Source of the DNA: Bdellovibrionales bacterium
Lineage (GTDB): Bacteria > Bdellovibrionota > UBA1018 > CAIMNF01
NCBI GenBank assembly: GCA_018266375.1
Contig: JAFEAO010000005.1
Location: 66,619-130,618 of the forward strand
Direction: 5' to 3'
Length of the DNA: 64,000 nucleotides
Of this stretch, positions 38,319 to 47,295 are shown piece by piece. Position numbers and translations under genes: made by a program. The notes beneath the pieces are model-generated. The model ran no database searches, was not told the DNA's origin, and worked only from the letters and a program-made list of their open reading frames with translations. Each line of letters begins with the position of its first letter. The stretch's first letter is position 1.

Positions 38319-39656
38319 ATGGAAAACAACAGACTCACGATCGCGCAAGTCGCGAAAGCGGTGGATCAGTACGACGGTAAAGAAGTGACTTTGAAGGGCT
38401 GGGTGTTCAATAAACGCTCGTCGGGCAAAATCAAATTCCTCGTATTGCGAGACGGGTCTGCTCACATCCAAGGCGTACTCGTCAAAGGCGAATGCGAGGA
38501 CGAAACCTTCGAGGGTTTCGATAGGCTCACGCAAGAATCCTCAATCAAAGTAACGGGTAAGATTCGTAAGGAACCCAAGGCCCGCTTAGGTTGTGAGATT
38601 ACCGTGATGAGGATCGAGGCCGTACAAATCGCGCAAGAGTATCCGATCACCCCGAAAGAACACGGCGTTGAGTTCTTGATGGAAAACCGTCACCTCTGGA
38701 TTCGCAGTAACCGCCAATGGGCGGCATTGCGCGTGCGCTCGGAGATCATGTGGGCGATTCAAGCGTTCTTTCGCGAACGCGGGTTCATCCGCTTTGATCC
38801 TCCGATCTTGAGTGCGACCTCATGCGAAGGAACCTCGACGCTCTTCACGACTCCTTACTTTGACGAGAAAGCTTATCTCACTCAGTCGGGTCAGCTTTAC
38901 GGCGAGGCGGGTGCGTTTGCATTCGGTAATATTTATACTTTCGGACCGACGTTCCGTGCGGAGAAATCAAAAACCCGCAAGCACTTGACCGAGTTCTGGA
39001 TGGTCGAGCCGGAAATGGCATTTGCCGAACTTCCCGATGTCATGGATTTAGGCGAAGCGTTTGTGACCTATATTATCAAGCACTGCTTGGCCAATTGTCA
39101 GAAGGAATTGAAAATCCTCGAGCGCGACACCAGCGAACTCGAAAAAATCGTTGCCGGCCCGTTCCCGCGTATCAGTTATGACGAAGCTCTCGTGATTTTG
39201 AAAAAACGCGGACTTGAAATTCCTTGGGGCGAAGACTTCGGAGCGCCACACGAAACCGCTCTCGGCGAGGAATTCGGTAAACCGGTATTCATTCACCACT
39301 TTCCTGCCCAGATCAAAGCGTTTTACTTTAAACATGCGGATGATCCAAACGGTGGCGGCATCGACAAAGACGGCAAGTACGCGCTCGGCGCGGATTTGAT
39401 CGCTCCATTCGGTTATGGCGAAATTATCGGCGGCGGTCAGCGCGAAGACAAAGTCGAAATTCTCGAACGTCGTCTTGCCGAACACGGCTTGAAGAAGGCG
39501 GATTACAATTGGTACCTCGATCTTCGCCGCTTCGGCTCCACTCCGCACGCGGGATTCGGTCTCGGTGTAGAACGAACTGTCGCTTGGGTTACCGGTGTTG
39601 AACACGTACGCGAGACGATTCCGTTTCCTCGCATGATCAATACCATTAAACCGTAA
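38319..39656 (+). CDS. asnS: asparagine--tRNA ligase
   Basis: 445 aa: an N-terminal OB anticodon-binding domain, then class II motifs 1-3 (FRAE..., ...GGSQRE..., GFGLGVERTV). Confidence 0.92.
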   Translation: MENNRLTIAQVAKAVDQYDGKEVTLKGWVFNKRSSGKIKFLVLRDGSAHIQGVLVKGECEDETFEGFDRLTQESSIKVTGKIRKEPKARLGCEITVMRIEAVQIAQEYPITPKEHGVEFLMENRHLWIRSNRQWAALRVRSEIMWAIQAFFRERGFIRFDPPILSATSCEGTSTLFTTPYFDEKAYLTQSGQLYGEAGAFAFGNIYTFGPTFRAEKSKTRKHLTEFWMVEPEMAFAELPDVMDLGEAFVTYIIKHCLANCQKELKILERDTSELEKIVAGPFPRISYDEALVILKKRGLEIPWGEDFGAPHETALGEEFGKPVFIHHFPAQIKAFYFKHADDPNGGGIDKDGKYALGADLIAPFGYGEIIGGGQREDKVEILERRLAEHGLKKADYNWYLDLRRFGSTPHAGFGLGVERTVAWVTGVEHVRETIPFPRMINTIKP

Positions 39657-39681
39657 TACATAAACATGGTGTATATTATAG

Positions 39682-40161
39682 ATGGCAACTCTTGAGCCTG
39701 TCTTGAACATCGTCCTTTTTGAGCCCGAAATTCCGCAGAACACGGGGAGCATCGGGAGACTTTGTTTAGCCACTCGGTGCGCCCTGCACTTGATTAAACC
39801 GCTTGGTTTTAGCATCGATGCACAGGCGCTAAAACGGGCTGGATTGGACTACTGGGAGCACTTGGAGGTGGTGATTCATGAGTCTGCTGAAGACTTTTTA
39901 CGGTATCTTCCAGCGAATTCGAAGGCTGCTTTGGTCGAAACCCGGGCCGGGAAAACAATTTATGATATTGAATATTCCACAGGGATTTTCCTTGTTTTCG
40001 GTAAAGAAACGACCGGACTTCCCGACTGGTTTTTGAACCGATTCGCAAGTGACTGGATTCGAATTCCGATGTGGGATGCTCGGGTAAGATCTCTCAATTT
40101 GTCGAACGCTGTGAGCATCGTTGCGTACGAAGCCATCCGGCAAATCAAGAAATTGTCTTAA
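39682..40161 (+). CDS. trmL: tRNA (cytidine/uridine-2'-O-)-methyltransferase TrmL (SpoU/TrmH family)
   Basis: 159 aa. NIVLFEPEIPQNTGSIGRLC and the C-terminal LNLSNAVSIVAYEAIRQ are SPOUT knot motifs. Confidence 0.85.
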   Translation: MATLEPVLNIVLFEPEIPQNTGSIGRLCLATRCALHLIKPLGFSIDAQALKRAGLDYWEHLEVVIHESAEDFLRYLPANSKAALVETRAGKTIYDIEYSTGIFLVFGKETTGLPDWFLNRFASDWIRIPMWDARVRSLNLSNAVSIVAYEAIRQIKKLS

Positions 40162-40272
40162 ACTTTTATGAGGCAAGGCTCAAAAAACATGCAATTTTGC
40201 CGGGTTTTTTTCAGATTTTTAATCTAAGGATTTGTTGCATTCCGCGTTGAGTACGGTTAGCTTTTCGAACTG

Positions 40273-40932
40273 ATGATGCCGTTAAACGCCGTATGGATAG
40301 ACTCTGAAAAGGAGTTTGTAGACTCGATGCGATCTTTGCTCGAGAGTAAATTGAATGGGAGTTATCTCATTCAACACTTACCCGAGTGGACTGAGACAAC
40401 GATTCGGTCGGTGTCCTGGAATGAAATTGATGTGGTATTAGCTGAGCTGAATTTTCAAGACCGACATGTATTCGAAGTGATCCCTGAAATCCGCAAACAA
40501 AAGGTTAATATGCCTGTCGTGCTCGTCACGAATAAAGCTGATAAAGACATCTTTATTCGCGCCATTAATTCTGGCGTGAATGGTTTTGTCGAAAAACCTG
40601 TGGAATTTACCGTTCTCCGCGATTTGATTGAACGCCACCGTTGCTGTGGTTTCGAATTGCGTATGAACGACGATCGCAAAGCCATTTACTCTCAAGGAAA
40701 ATGGGTAGACCTCACTAGCACCGAGTATAAGATTATTGAGACCTTAAGAACCGCTAAACGCCGTCTAACACGCGGAGAGCTGCAAGCTTCAGTTTGGCCA
40801 AATTCCTCAATTTCTGAAAACAACCTCGATACCCACCTCACCAATCTCAAGCGTAAGATCCCAGAGCTTACGACCTGTTTGAACGTAAAGCGTGGCTTAG
40901 GTTACTATCTAGACACAAAAAATAGTCTATAA
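40273..40932 (+). CDS. OmpR/PhoB-family response regulator with Glu at the phospho-acceptor position (atypical receiver + winged-helix DNA-binding domain)
   Basis: 219 aa. The receiver retains the acidic pocket (WIDSE), conserved Thr (VLVTN) and Lys (VEKPV), but the phosphorylation site reads VVLAELNF, with Glu where Asp is expected. The C-terminus TEYKIIETLRTAKRRLTRGELQ...GLGYYLD is a trans_reg_C winged helix. Confidence 0.72.
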   Translation: MMPLNAVWIDSEKEFVDSMRSLLESKLNGSYLIQHLPEWTETTIRSVSWNEIDVVLAELNFQDRHVFEVIPEIRKQKVNMPVVLVTNKADKDIFIRAINSGVNGFVEKPVEFTVLRDLIERHRCCGFELRMNDDRKAIYSQGKWVDLTSTEYKIIETLRTAKRRLTRGELQASVWPNSSISENNLDTHLTNLKRKIPELTTCLNVKRGLGYYLDTKNSL

Positions 40933-40987
40933 TATCGAGCACTTAATATATAATTGATACACAGCATAAAAATTGACTATTTTGGTC

Positions 40988-41014
40988 TAAAGTTCCTTAA
41001 TTCCCGACCGATAC
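40988..41014 (+). promoter_or_regulatory. sigma-28 (FliA)-type promoter upstream of the first flagellin
   Basis: TAAAGTT, 15 nt, then ACCGATAC fits the TAAA-N15-GCCGATAA consensus. It lies about 110 nt upstream of the ATG at 41126. Confidence 0.45.
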
Positions 41015-41125
41015 GCTCAAGTGAGAGATATTTGACGGATCATATCCATCAAGTATCACTTGATGCAACCGGTACAGCAACCATGTTGCGTCTTCAACTA
41101 ACAATGGGACACATGAGGAGGAATT

Positions 41126-41959
41126 ATGGGTCTTCGGATTAATACGAACGTACAATCTCTCGTTGCGCAAAGAAATTTGGGCATGTCTAACGAGAAGCAA
41201 CGTGCAAGCTTGGAGAAAATCGCTTCAGGCACACGTATCGCGCGCGCTGCAGATGATGCTGCAGGTTTAGCGATCGCAGAAAAAATGAAAGCGGATATCC
41301 GTTCATTGCGCCAAGCTGGCCGTAACGCGAACGATGGTATCTCTCTCGTGCAAGTCGCGGAAGGTGGAATGAACGAAATCTCGAACATTCTCACTCGTTT
41401 CCGCGAATTGTCTATCCAAGGCGCTTCCGACACTATCGGTGAACGCGAACGTGGTTTCATCAATAAAGAAGTGATGCAATTGCGCTCAGAAATCGATCGT
41501 ATCGCGGCAACTACCGAGTTCAACGGACGTAAATTGCTCGTTGGCGAAGGCGATAAACTCGAAGTTCAAGTGGGTTTGAACAACTCCCCTGAATTCGACC
41601 GTTTCGTTTACGACACGCAAAAGCTGAACGTTACCGCTCACGCTCTCGGCGTGGCTGACGTGAGCACTGAAACCAAGGAAGCGTCTCAGCAGAACTTGGC
41701 TAAGATTGACGGAGCAATCAAGCAATTGTCTGAGAACCGTTCTGAAGTCGGTGCTCTTCAAAACCGCCTTGCTTCTTCAGTAAATAACATCGCTATTTAC
41801 GAAGAGAACTTGTCTGCAGCGAAGAGCCGTATCTATGATGTCGACATGGCTGTTGAAACTTCGGAATTGACGAAGTCAAACATCCTGACTCAAGCAGGTA
41901 CATCGGTCCTCAGTCAAGCGAACAACAACTCAATGAGCGCTCTCAAGCTCTTGAGCTAA
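41126..41959 (+). CDS. fliC: flagellin
   Basis: 277 aa with conserved N-terminal D0/D1 (MGLRINTNVQSLVAQRNL...DDAAGLAIAEKM...NANDGISLVQVAEGG) and C-terminal (...GTSVLSQANNNSMSALKLLS) helices and a short variable core. Confidence 0.93.
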   Translation: MGLRINTNVQSLVAQRNLGMSNEKQRASLEKIASGTRIARAADDAAGLAIAEKMKADIRSLRQAGRNANDGISLVQVAEGGMNEISNILTRFRELSIQGASDTIGERERGFINKEVMQLRSEIDRIAATTEFNGRKLLVGEGDKLEVQVGLNNSPEFDRFVYDTQKLNVTAHALGVADVSTETKEASQQNLAKIDGAIKQLSENRSEVGALQNRLASSVNNIAIYEENLSAAKSRIYDVDMAVETSELTKSNILTQAGTSVLSQANNNSMSALKLLS

Positions 41960-41985
41960 TTCACCACTAATCTTGGGTTTACATA

Positions 41986-42025
41986 GAGAGGGGCAGGACG
42001 GTTTAACCGCCGAACCGCCCCTCTC
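41986..42025 (+). terminator. GC-rich stem-loop after the first flagellin
   Basis: gagaggggc...gcccctctc, a 9-bp stem about 27 nt after the stop. No strong U tract follows, so it may be a partial terminator or a processing or stability element. Confidence 0.4.
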
Positions 42026-42264
42026 CCCAAGCTTCGTTGGGTTCGCTGAATCAACGAATCTCGTTGATGAATTTTTCTTAAATATTCGAATTTATTTGTT
42101 AAAATATACTACTATTTTGCTCAACTTTTTTGATGCATTCCGTCATGGACTATCGTAGACTTGTTCTTGAGGGCGTCATTAAAGACTTCGGACCAAGGGG
42201 GTACGGGGCACGCTAAACGTAGAACGTTGATGGGACAGCGTTAGACGAAAGGGCAAATAATAGT

Positions 42265-43098
42265 ATGGGATTAAGAATCGGCACGAACATCGCTTCAATG
42301 GCCGCACAACGAAACATGGCAAAGAGCAGTGTGGAGTTGGGAAAAACATTCAACCGCTTAGCATCAGGTAGCCGGATTGTCTCAGCCGGAGACGATGCAG
42401 CAGGTTTGTCAATCAGCGAAAACTTGAGAGCGCAAGTTCGCTCCTTGAAACAAGCTGAACGCAACGCTAACGACGGCATCTCCTTCGTGCAAGTCGCAGA
42501 AGGTGGTTTGTCGGAAGTGGGCAACATCTTAGTTCGCCTCCGCGAACTTTCAATCCAATCAGCTTCAGACACCATCGGTGACCGTGAACGCGGTTTCATC
42601 GACAAAGAATATCAAAGTTTAAAGCAAGAGATCGACCGTATCTCTGAAGTGACAAACTTCAACGGCACTCCCCTCTTGAACGGTAAATCCGATAAAGGTG
42701 AACTCGAGTTCCAAGTCGGTTCTCGCAACAACGAGAACGACCGCATCAAGTTTGCGGTTAAGGACTATGACGTGAAAACCGATACTCTCGGTATCGCTGG
42801 GATATCTGCTTCGAACATCAACGATGCTCGCGAAGCTCTGGATAAAATCGACGAGGCTCTCGGACGCGTCACTGGTGCTCGCGCGGGCTTGGGCGCTATG
42901 CAGAACAAGTTGCAATCCACAGTGAACAACTTGGGCGTAGCTACTGAAAACTTATCTCAAGCGCGCAGCCGCATCGCCGATGCGGACATTGCCGAGGAGT
43001 CTACCGCTCTGACCCAACGTCAGATCCTGCAACAAGCAGGTACGGCGGTCCTCGCGCAGGCGAACTCTTCGCCGCAGCTCGCACTCAAATTACTCTAA
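42265..43098 (+). CDS. fliC: flagellin (second tandem paralog)
   Basis: 277 aa with the same conserved termini as the first copy (MGLRIGTNIASMAAQRNM..., ...NSSPQLALKLL) but a diverged central region. Confidence 0.93.
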   Translation: MGLRIGTNIASMAAQRNMAKSSVELGKTFNRLASGSRIVSAGDDAAGLSISENLRAQVRSLKQAERNANDGISFVQVAEGGLSEVGNILVRLRELSIQSASDTIGDRERGFIDKEYQSLKQEIDRISEVTNFNGTPLLNGKSDKGELEFQVGSRNNENDRIKFAVKDYDVKTDTLGIAGISASNINDAREALDKIDEALGRVTGARAGLGAMQNKLQSTVNNLGVATENLSQARSRIADADIAEESTALTQRQILQQAGTAVLAQANSSPQLALKLL

Positions 43099-43148
43099 TA
43101 TGTTAGGCCCATCGTCTGAAAAGGTGGTCCTTGTTACAGAATCATGAG

Positions 43149-43185
43149 TCCATGGTCGACCAGTCTCAGGTTGGCCGACCATGGA
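43149..43185 (+). terminator. rho-independent terminator after the second flagellin
   Basis: 13-bp inverted repeat tccatggtcgacc / ggccgaccatgga (one mismatch) with an 11-nt loop. It is followed by cgaTCTTTCTgcgcTTTTTcaaTTT. Confidence 0.5.
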
Positions 43186-43354
43186 CGATCTTTCTGCGCT
43201 TTTTCAATTTCGCGCCATATGCGCAATACAAATGATATTCGTTCGCTACACCACTTCGATGTGGTGGGCCGATTCGTGCCGCCCGCCACCGTGACGTCTA
43301 CACGGTCGGGCGGCATTTTTCCGAAACACGATCAGTGCATCGATTGATCGGTTG

Positions 43355-44113
43355 CTAGTGCTTACTCTTTGCAGCTTCGATCTCGTCTCTTAACCACTTG
43401 ATATTATCTCTGACCAAAGTATTACGCGGATCAATTTTTTCGGCTTCGTTGAGTTGTTTTTCCGCTAGTACAAATTTCTTTTTAATGATGTTTACTGTCG
43501 CCATATTGTTGAGCGCAAATGCATATCGGGAGTCTTTCTTAGAAACCTTGCTCCAATATTTCATCGCGGTCTCATAATCTTGAATTTGAAAATAATTGTA
43601 ACCGATATTTAAGTTCGCATCGGTAAGCACATCGTTTTTCATCCCCGACATCGCTTTTTTCATTTCTTCGATATCTTTCTTGAGCTTCTCAATCGACTCG
43701 TCGATTGATTTAAGGTTGTTCGAGGCGATTTCAAGTTTAGGATTCAATTTCAGTGCTTGTTCGCATTCTGTACGGGCTTTTTTCCAATCCTTCAATCCAA
43801 TAAAAGCGGAACAAATGTTGTTATGAGCAATCGGTGAATTGACGTCGAATTCTACAGCTTTTTGAAAAGCGGCTAATGCGCTGTGATGATCTTTTAAGTT
43901 TGAATATGCCAATCCGAGACCAGTAAAATTATTAAAATTAGGTGCAACTTTCACTTTTTCTTGTGCTGCTTGAAGCTCGTCGTTTGCTTCACCACGGGTT
44001 TTTACAGCGGGTTTGCTTGTTGCTGCCGTTTGAGGCTCAGGTGCCTTCTCAACTTTTTTCTGACAAGCCGTCGGCGCAATCGCCAATAAAAACAAAATCC
44101 TCAATCTGTACAT
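43355..44113 (-). CDS. TPR-repeat lipoprotein
   Basis: 252 aa with lipobox LAIAPTAC. Multiple TPR-like helix pairs (ALAAFQKAVEFD..., AMKYWSKVSKKD...). Confidence 0.7.
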   Translation of the reverse strand: MYRLRILFLLAIAPTACQKKVEKAPEPQTAATSKPAVKTRGEANDELQAAQEKVKVAPNFNNFTGLGLAYSNLKDHHSALAAFQKAVEFDVNSPIAHNNICSAFIGLKDWKKARTECEQALKLNPKLEIASNNLKSIDESIEKLKKDIEEMKKAMSGMKNDVLTDANLNIGYNYFQIQDYETAMKYWSKVSKKDSRYAFALNNMATVNIIKKKFVLAEKQLNEAEKIDPRNTLVRDNIKWLRDEIEAAKSKH

Positions 44114-44208
44114 GTACTTATTTTTTGTTTTGCTGTCAAAATTGTCAAGATCAACTATGATTCAGATCATATTCTTCCCGTTTTCCCCTGTGAGACGCTT
44201 CCATTCGA

Positions 44209-45270
44209 ATGAAGCATCGAGGACGATCACGAAGGATACAAATGCAAAAACTAGCGCTATTCTATTTACTACTTTTAAGCACCGCCGCTTCGGCTGCGGG
44301 GCACGATCGCTTTAACGCTTACCAGTGGGATCCCGCCAACCGCGGCCCTTGGTACGAATGGTGGTATTACAAAGTCGTCGACCCGGTCACAACGCACGCT
44401 TTTTACTGGGTTTACGGCGTCGTCAACCCTTGGGACCAGAAAGGGACGCTAAAAGGAACGAGAGCCTCCGTGGCCATCGGCGATTTCTCGCGCAAGATCA
44501 ACCTCTTCAAAAATTATCCGATTGCAGACTTTGACGCCAGACGAGATCAAACCCTTGTACGCATCGGTGACAACATCGCCACCCAGGATTCGCTCAAGGG
44601 CCAGATCGAAACCTCTGAAGGCCTCGCCGAATGGGATGTCCGCATTGAGAAAAGCTGGGGCTTCAATGCCATGAGTTGGGCGATGGCAGTTCCGAAAATA
44701 CTCAACATCTATTGGTATCCCGCGCAGGCCTCGGCGAAAATGTCCGGTTTCCTGCGGATCAACGGCCGAGAAGTACGCTTTGAAAACGCGGCAGCCTATC
44801 AAGACCGCAACTGGGGCTCGAGTTTTCCCAAGTGGTGGGCCTGGATCGTAGCCAACGAATTTGAAAACTCTCCCGGTACGGTACTCGCGTCGGGCGGCGG
44901 TCGGCCAAAAATCCTGGGCCATGAACCGTATGCAGGCATGAGTATCGGACTTCTCCATCAAGGAAAGGAATACAAGTTTCGTCCCAACGACGGAGATATC
45001 GTCCAAACGGATATCAATTTTGGTAAATGGGAAGTGACAGCGACCAAACTCGGACGCTACCGTATCTCGATCAGCGCTCGTGCCAATCGAGAAAAATTCA
45101 TGCTCTTGCCGTTTATAACTCCTGATGGTGACACTTACAAAGACTACGAGACATTGAACGGAAACCTCAGTGTGCAGCTCTTTAAATATGATCCGCGAAC
45201 GAGGTCACGCTGGAAGCTTATCGCGGACTTGTTTTCAAGTCGTGCCGGTATTGAGTACGGCTCTTACTAG
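44209..45270 (+). CDS. secreted AttH/CrtC-like (lipocalin-like) protein
   Basis: 353 aa. The signal peptide probably starts at the internal Met (MQKLALFYLLLLSTAASAAG). The Trp-rich segment WYEWWYYKVVDP...YWVYGVVNPW resembles the AttH/CrtC hydrolase-like family. Assignment is low-certainty. Confidence 0.5.
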   Translation: MKHRGRSRRIQMQKLALFYLLLLSTAASAAGHDRFNAYQWDPANRGPWYEWWYYKVVDPVTTHAFYWVYGVVNPWDQKGTLKGTRASVAIGDFSRKINLFKNYPIADFDARRDQTLVRIGDNIATQDSLKGQIETSEGLAEWDVRIEKSWGFNAMSWAMAVPKILNIYWYPAQASAKMSGFLRINGREVRFENAAAYQDRNWGSSFPKWWAWIVANEFENSPGTVLASGGGRPKILGHEPYAGMSIGLLHQGKEYKFRPNDGDIVQTDINFGKWEVTATKLGRYRISISARANREKFMLLPFITPDGDTYKDYETLNGNLSVQLFKYDPRTRSRWKLIADLFSSRAGIEYGSY

Positions 45271-45282
45271 GGCATGTCCCAA

Positions 45283-46512
45283 TTAACGCAGCCACAGGGG
45301 TGAGGCTGCAAAGCGGATGTTACGAGCTTTCGCGTTTTGGTAAAGCGCGCCCAACATTGCACTCCACTTCGTGCCGCGGTCGAAACGGGTCATCATGTAC
45401 TCTTTGCCATAGTTTTGGAAATACTCTTGGCTCGGTCCCCAAATCGAGAGGCCATGTGAATTTGAGTAATCCTTGGTTACGCCGTTTGCAACGACTGCTT
45501 GCTTCAAACGACCTTCAGCGGCGACAATCCATTGATCGCTGACTACACTGCTCAAACTCTTCTGACCGCGGATCAATTCATAAAAATTTACGAGATCGAT
45601 ATAGTCGGAGTTGTAGTAGTGCTGAGCGGTTGCGAACGCTTTAGACACCAAAAGTTTTTGGTCGGAAGATGCCTTCTTATAAATAGTCTCCGCGAAATCG
45701 CGAAGATCTTTGGCAATCGTATCCATGACCGACAAATTCACCAATGACATGGTCACTTGCTCGTTGCCTTGAGAACCGCCGCTGTAAGACGCCATGTACG
45801 CCTTAATTGTTGCCTGACCGAGCTTCAATGGGCTCGCGGTTGGATTCTGCATGAAGTACGGAAGCATATCGCGATAAGACCAGCCGTAACCCGGCTCAAC
45901 TTCTTGAGAAGCAAGCAAGTAATCGGCGTTACCCCAAAACTCAGCCGCCACTTCGGTCATCGCCATCAAGCAAGCATCGAAACCGACGATGTCGATATTT
46001 TTGCCGAGAAGTTTTTTAATTTCAAATGCCATCAACGACAATTGAGGCAAACGGATTCCGTTACCCGTCAACTCGTCGATACTGACGATTTTGCCGTCGC
46101 TTGCGCGCCAGCCGGCACCATGATCCGCGACGACAAGCATGTAGTGTTTTGCAGGAAAGTTTGTTTTAGACCAGTTCACGAACGCGACAACCTCGCGCCA
46201 ACTGCCCATGTCGGCACCAGTGACGTCTTGAAGAACCGGAGAGGTAATATTTTGAGGGTCGTTGTCCCTAGTAATCCGTGTGCGAACGACTTTGCGCTTC
46301 GAGTAGCTACCCCACTCCGCGACGACGTTCACTTTGTCGGAAGATCCCACCATCTCCATCTCATTCATGTCCATTTGAATGTATTCGTCGAGATTGTTTT
46401 TGCCATTTTCGAAAACCATCACTGTCCACTCGGCTTGGTTAGCCGCATGAGCCAAGTTGACACTTGACAGTAATAGTGTGAGACCGATGAAAATAGAGGC
46501 GATAGATCGCAT
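45283..46512 (-). CDS. secreted clostripain-family cysteine peptidase (MEROPS C11)
   Basis: Start at MRSIASIFIGLTLLLSSVNLAHA, with a GGGGGA RBS. Catalytic His/Cys contexts HYMLVVADHGAGW and IVGFDACLMAMTE are C11 hallmarks. Confidence 0.8.
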   Translation of the reverse strand: MRSIASIFIGLTLLLSSVNLAHAANQAEWTVMVFENGKNNLDEYIQMDMNEMEMVGSSDKVNVVAEWGSYSKRKVVRTRITRDNDPQNITSPVLQDVTGADMGSWREVVAFVNWSKTNFPAKHYMLVVADHGAGWRASDGKIVSIDELTGNGIRLPQLSLMAFEIKKLLGKNIDIVGFDACLMAMTEVAAEFWGNADYLLASQEVEPGYGWSYRDMLPYFMQNPTASPLKLGQATIKAYMASYSGGSQGNEQVTMSLVNLSVMDTIAKDLRDFAETIYKKASSDQKLLVSKAFATAQHYYNSDYIDLVNFYELIRGQKSLSSVVSDQWIVAAEGRLKQAVVANGVTKDYSNSHGLSIWGPSQEYFQNYGKEYMMTRFDRGTKWSAMLGALYQNAKARNIRFAASPLWLR

Positions 46513-46635
46513 GTTGTGTTCCCCCAAAATCCTGAACGCTTGAAATCCCACCACGCGAGAAAAAATACGTCAATGAAACTTATTGGAGGTCATTAGAAAA
46601 TTTGAAATTGTGCGACAAAAAGTTTGTTGATGACG

Positions 46636-47295
46636 CTATTCAACAATGCGATCTGTGTTTTTATCCGGTCTAAACTGGAACATTTTGTCGTCGAGCTTTG
46701 GTTGCAGTTTGATTTCCTGCAATTTGATATCAGTTTTATTTCCGCTGGTGTGCGTTAGGATCACTTCTTCAATCTTATGACTAGCTTCATTAATGACTAC
46801 TTCGGCCGTTTTCACGTCACCCGCAGTTCCGTTCTTCGGTGTGAGTATAAACGAGTTTTTGGTCTTCTCGACGATCGTGGTCTTACCGCCGAACTCGAAA
46901 CTGCCTGAGAGAAGCATATTTAAGAACTGAGTCTGCACTTGGGCTGTTTTCTTAATGATGACTTGTCCTCGTTCGCCCTTTTCAAACGGGGGCGAATAGA
47001 ACCAAAACGTCTTGCCGTCGCTCACCAGGATGTTTGGGTCCGGATTGATCGTCTCCCAACGGAGTTTGTTAGGGCGCTTGATCCAGATCTTGCCTTGGGC
47101 CTTCTTGACCTGGCGCGTGGACTTCACGTCGATCAATTGATTGAACGTCGCTTCGAGACCCGCTGACTTCTTGTACTCGGCTTGCACCTTCGCTAAAAGC
47201 GGTGGAATCGCAACCGGAACCGATAGCGCGTTTGCCGTAACCGAAGTTAAAAGGACGAGACTACTGAAGCTCGATAGAAACCATGCGCGAGACAC
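46636..47295 (-). CDS. lolA: outer-membrane lipoprotein carrier protein LolA-like
   Basis: 219 aa with a signal peptide. FNQLIDVKSTRQVKKAQGKIWIKRPNKLRWETINPDPNILVSDGKTFWFYSP is LolA-like. Confidence 0.72.
   Translation of the reverse strand: MSRAWFLSSFSSLVLLTSVTANALSVPVAIPPLLAKVQAEYKKSAGLEATFNQLIDVKSTRQVKKAQGKIWIKRPNKLRWETINPDPNILVSDGKTFWFYSPPFEKGERGQVIIKKTAQVQTQFLNMLLSGSFEFGGKTTIVEKTKNSFILTPKNGTAGDVKTAEVVINEASHKIEEVILTHTSGNKTDIKLQEIKLQPKLDDKMFQFRPDKNTDRIVE

Noticed and set aside
42180-42240. Candidate sigma-28 or sigma-54 promoter upstream of the second flagellin gene
   Set aside because: TAAAG and TAAAC boxes are present, but the -10 regions at the correct 15-nt spacing (GGGTACGG, GGACAGCG) do not resemble GCCGATAA. 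GGCACG occurs without a TTGC at -12, so no promoter is called.
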